A stretch of DNA of 63,728 bases, counting the filler. It is 11 parts of 11 records of this genome, joined end to end, with 100 filler letters (N's around TTAATTAATTAA, not from the genome) between each part and the next. Parts side by side here need not be neighbours in the genome. Positions count along the whole stretch, not along the records: positions 60,633 to 63,728 come from SRR7504441_3236; 10 more parts are not named here. One strand, given 5' to 3'. This document shows, piece by piece, positions 60,633 through 63,728 of the stretch. How positions within the stretch are numbered: position 1 is the first letter of the stretch; each line of letters opens with the position of its first letter. Below the pieces are notes generated by a model. That model did not search any database. It worked only from the letters and a program-made list of their open reading frames with translations, and was not told the origin of the DNA. A program made the position numbers and the translations under genes.

Positions 60633-63600
60633 GCAGCAGGGCTGCAGGCGGATCAGACTATGAATCCACCACCAGCAAGTAAGCCATCACCCAAGCATGC
60701 TAGCGTAGAAGCGAGCGCTGGACCGGCGATCCTGGCTCCAATGCAATCAGGCCACAATGCGACATCGGTGACCGTACATGAGACCGCCAATGCAAGCAGA
60801 GCAAGCTCGATCAAACAACATGGAGTGCAAGGGCCCAAAGTGACAGACCACGAGTCCGTTGAGCTCAGGCCCATGGAGCCCATGGACAAGCTAGCAGCAG
60901 GCCAGCGTACTGGAGTACAATTGAAGCCGATGGAGCCTGTGGACAAACCAGCGGCAGCCCAATCTACCAAAGTGCAGCTGAGCCATGCAGAGCCCATCAG
61001 GCGGGAGATCCAAGGGTTTGAGCTCGAGAAGGTTACTCTGAAGAAGCGCAAGGACCAAGCTGCAGCACTTTATAAGGAACTGTCCAAAGGCAAGCCACTC
61101 TCAGCAGGCAACCTGTACAAGGAGCTCAACTGGCTCGCAGACCAGATTCAAGTCCCTGCTGAGACAGTGGCCGCTGTTGCCAAAGTCTTCTCTGTAGATG
61201 GTGACTTGGGCTTTTCCGTTGTCTCCAAGTCAGAATTCTGCCGTTTAGTCGATGTCTGCATTTCTGCTCACGCAAATGGCTCCATCGACAGCGCGGCTGC
61301 AAAGCACGCAGTCGAGGAAGCGGTGCTTAGGGCGACTTTTGACAGTCTAGACACGGAGGGGAGAGGGACAATTCGAGTTGCGCAGATGCGCGATGAGTTC
61401 GACTCGCTGCGAGGCGTCTGCAAACTCCGCCAAGACACCTGCTTGCCGCAGGCGATGTACCTACTGGAGCGTGTTGATGTAGAAGGCGCTGGAAATGAGT
61501 TGCTCAGTTACCCAGACTTCAAGCACACAATCAAGGCTATGCAAGAAATTAAGCCAGTCGCTGCCAGCCTCAGGCCAGTTCCTGAACAAGTGCTCCAGAC
61601 AGTCACTCAGGAGAAGCTGAGCGAAGCCGTCAAAAAGCTTTTTCATGCAATCGACACGAATGCAGATGGTGCGATCAATGGAGATGAATTCATGGCTATC
61701 CTTGGCAAGCCCAGCTTCATGCAACTGGCTTCTCGATTCTCTGCAGACCCAGTCGGCGCAGTGCATGCAGGAATGCTTGACAGCAACGGCAATCTGAGTG
61801 CAATCACAATGCCGGTATGGGATGTATTCTGGCAGCAAGTGGAGCAGAAGCTTGGGATGGAGAAGACGTTTGAGCTGGTAGACAGCTTCTCGCGGAGCGA
61901 GCGGGTGGACCAGCGCTTTACGCAACAAGACAAAGACGCTCAGGCCCGCCTTAGAATGCAGACGCAGATGACAGATTTTTTTACCCTAATTGCACGCGAT
62001 AAAAATAGCAAAGCAAGTGTCGGTGATTTGGAGAAGGTGTGGGGCGATCTTGGTGCTCCGCTGCTTGTGTCAATGGACAGAGATCATGATGGTCTGATTT
62101 CTTTGGAGGAGTGGGCCACTTTTTGGGACTCTGCTATCGTCAAGATGGGCCTGGAAATATGCAACCAACACGCAAGCTTGCTTCGTGCGAAGCTTCAGTC
62201 GCTATTCCCTCTAGCCTTACTCTGGCGCAAGGATAGCAAGGATACTGGGCTTTCCAGGGTCAACAGAGAGCTTGCCAGTGAACTATTTGAGATGATGGAT
62301 GAAGACAACAACCACCGGCTTAATAAAGCCGAGCTTCTCAAGGCAATGCCTCGTGGAGATGCTGTCAGTATGGACATTTTGCCTGAGCAGTCGCACTTAT
62401 TTCGTATGTTCCGAGAGCTCGACCTTGATGGTGACAATGAATTGGTTTTAGACGAGTGGGTTGCTTTTTGGGAACGCTATGCCAAGGAGTATGGTAATGG
62501 TTCCTGTGAAATGCGCATCCAGTTGATCCGACAGCAATTTGTGGAAGGAACCGCAACTAGTGAATTGCACGACAAAAGGTTTGCCAAGCATGAATTGTCC
62601 GACACTCTGAAGGCATTGATTGAAACTGTCTTCTTGATGCTGGATAGCGATGCGAGCGGCGCAATTGTCATCGAAGAGGCAGTAGACGCGTTGCATGGTG
62701 ATCAGATGGCGCTCAGTATCATACAGACAATTGACCACTCGAAGGACACTGTGGTCAGCAAGGACGAGTGGCACAGCTACTGGGAATCCTTCGAGTCTGG
62801 AAGCGGAAGCTCGTCCGAGGCGAAGCTTAAACAAATTGAAAGGCAGCTGGTTGCTAATAATCTCAGGTCTGGGCGGAGAAAGAAGTCACCTTCCATGCGG
62901 CAACCTAATGCATCAGTGGATCAGTGGATCGCCCAGGTTTTCCAACTGTTAGACACAGACTGCAGTGGCGCTCTATCTCCAGAAGAGATGGAAATTCTCC
63001 AAGGCAATAGCTTAGGTCTCGAAATCATGGCAGCTCGCAGTCAGGAAGTTGATGGTGATCCTGCTATTGGGATCGAAGAATGGGGGAGCTACTGGCGGTC
63101 AGCAGATGCCGGTGATGATCATACTGTAGAGATGAAATTGAAGCGGCTCAAAGCGATCATTCAAAGAGTCCGCAGGAGAGGACTCACCCGGTCAAAAGGC
63201 CAAGAACAGCACTACTACAGTGAACACCTTTTGAAGCTCTCGGAGGAGGTCTTCGGCCTTTTTGATCAGGACAACAGCGGAAAGCTTCTCATGAGTGAAA
63301 TACGTGATGCTGTGAAGTGTGACGATATGGCCAGCAAAATCATGTCGATGATAGATTATGAAGACGATGAAGATATCGAGATCGAGGAGTGGAAGAGCTT
63401 CTGGCTATCCAGTGCAAGTGGGAATGAGATTGACTCAGAAATGAAGCTCAAGCAGCTCCGGAGCATTTTGAACCGAGCCTTCAACACGAAGGAAACCCTG
63501 AAACGAGCAAGACACCGACAGATGCGGCCATTCAGCTCTGTCCTGGACAAACTGTCTAAGCAGGTATTTGAAATGTTTGACCAGGATGGCAGTGGTGTTC

Positions 63601-63728
63601 TATGCAAGGACGAGATTGTCAAATCTGTCAAATGCGATTTCAAGACTTTAGATATGATAGCAGCCATGGATTACGAGGGCGACGAGGACATTGAGTTGGA
63701 GGAATGGAAGAGTTACTGGCAGTCTACT
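60633..63728 (+). CDS. Poly-EF-hand protein, partial; absent from the ORF track because no stop falls in the window
   Basis: Open frame of about 1032 codons with EF loops DTNADGAINGDE, DRDHDGLISLEE, DLDGDNELVLDE, DTDCSGALSPEE, DQDNSGKLLMSE, DQDGSGVLCKDE. Confidence 0.88.

Noticed and set aside
1..63728. Alternative genetic code, and the many long antisense or overlapping ORFs
   Set aside because: Apparent internal stops fall in introns and conserved genes translate with the standard code; shadow ORFs are expected at this GC content. No tRNA, rRNA, CRISPR array or transposase was recognised.

Overview
This window is not continuous DNA. It is 11 contigs joined by ten identical artificial 100-nt linkers (N44-TTAATTAATTAA-N44), so gene neighbourhoods across linkers mean nothing. 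The DNA comes from a GC-rich, very gene-dense eukaryote, probably a non-model protist; I cannot assign the taxon. Genes are split by tiny spliceosomal introns (mostly 34-58 nt), at least six with GC donors, so the ORF track fragments most genes. Gene models here were spliced by hand. Recognisable genes: sacsin-like (partial), VPS36, GH95-like hydrolase, dienelactone hydrolase, GH78 rhamnosidase, PEP mutase, RRP6, NIPSNAP, PH-TBC-ankyrin RabGAP, UPRT, Rab1, TIM21, stand-alone HisI, an internally deleted GH32, F-box/propeller, ankyrin, dynamin-like GTPase, GH43-like and a poly-EF-hand protein. The most unusual items: a helical-repeat/ankyrin protein ending in a pseudo-calpain domain; a dynamin-like GTPase fused to a pseudo-OTU domain; a CHH-x7-CxKC repeat protein; a putatively mitochondrial PepM; a tail-anchored HisI; several unrecognised repeat domains; and two divergent start codons 24 bp apart. 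All family calls come from motif recognition by eye; no searches were run.
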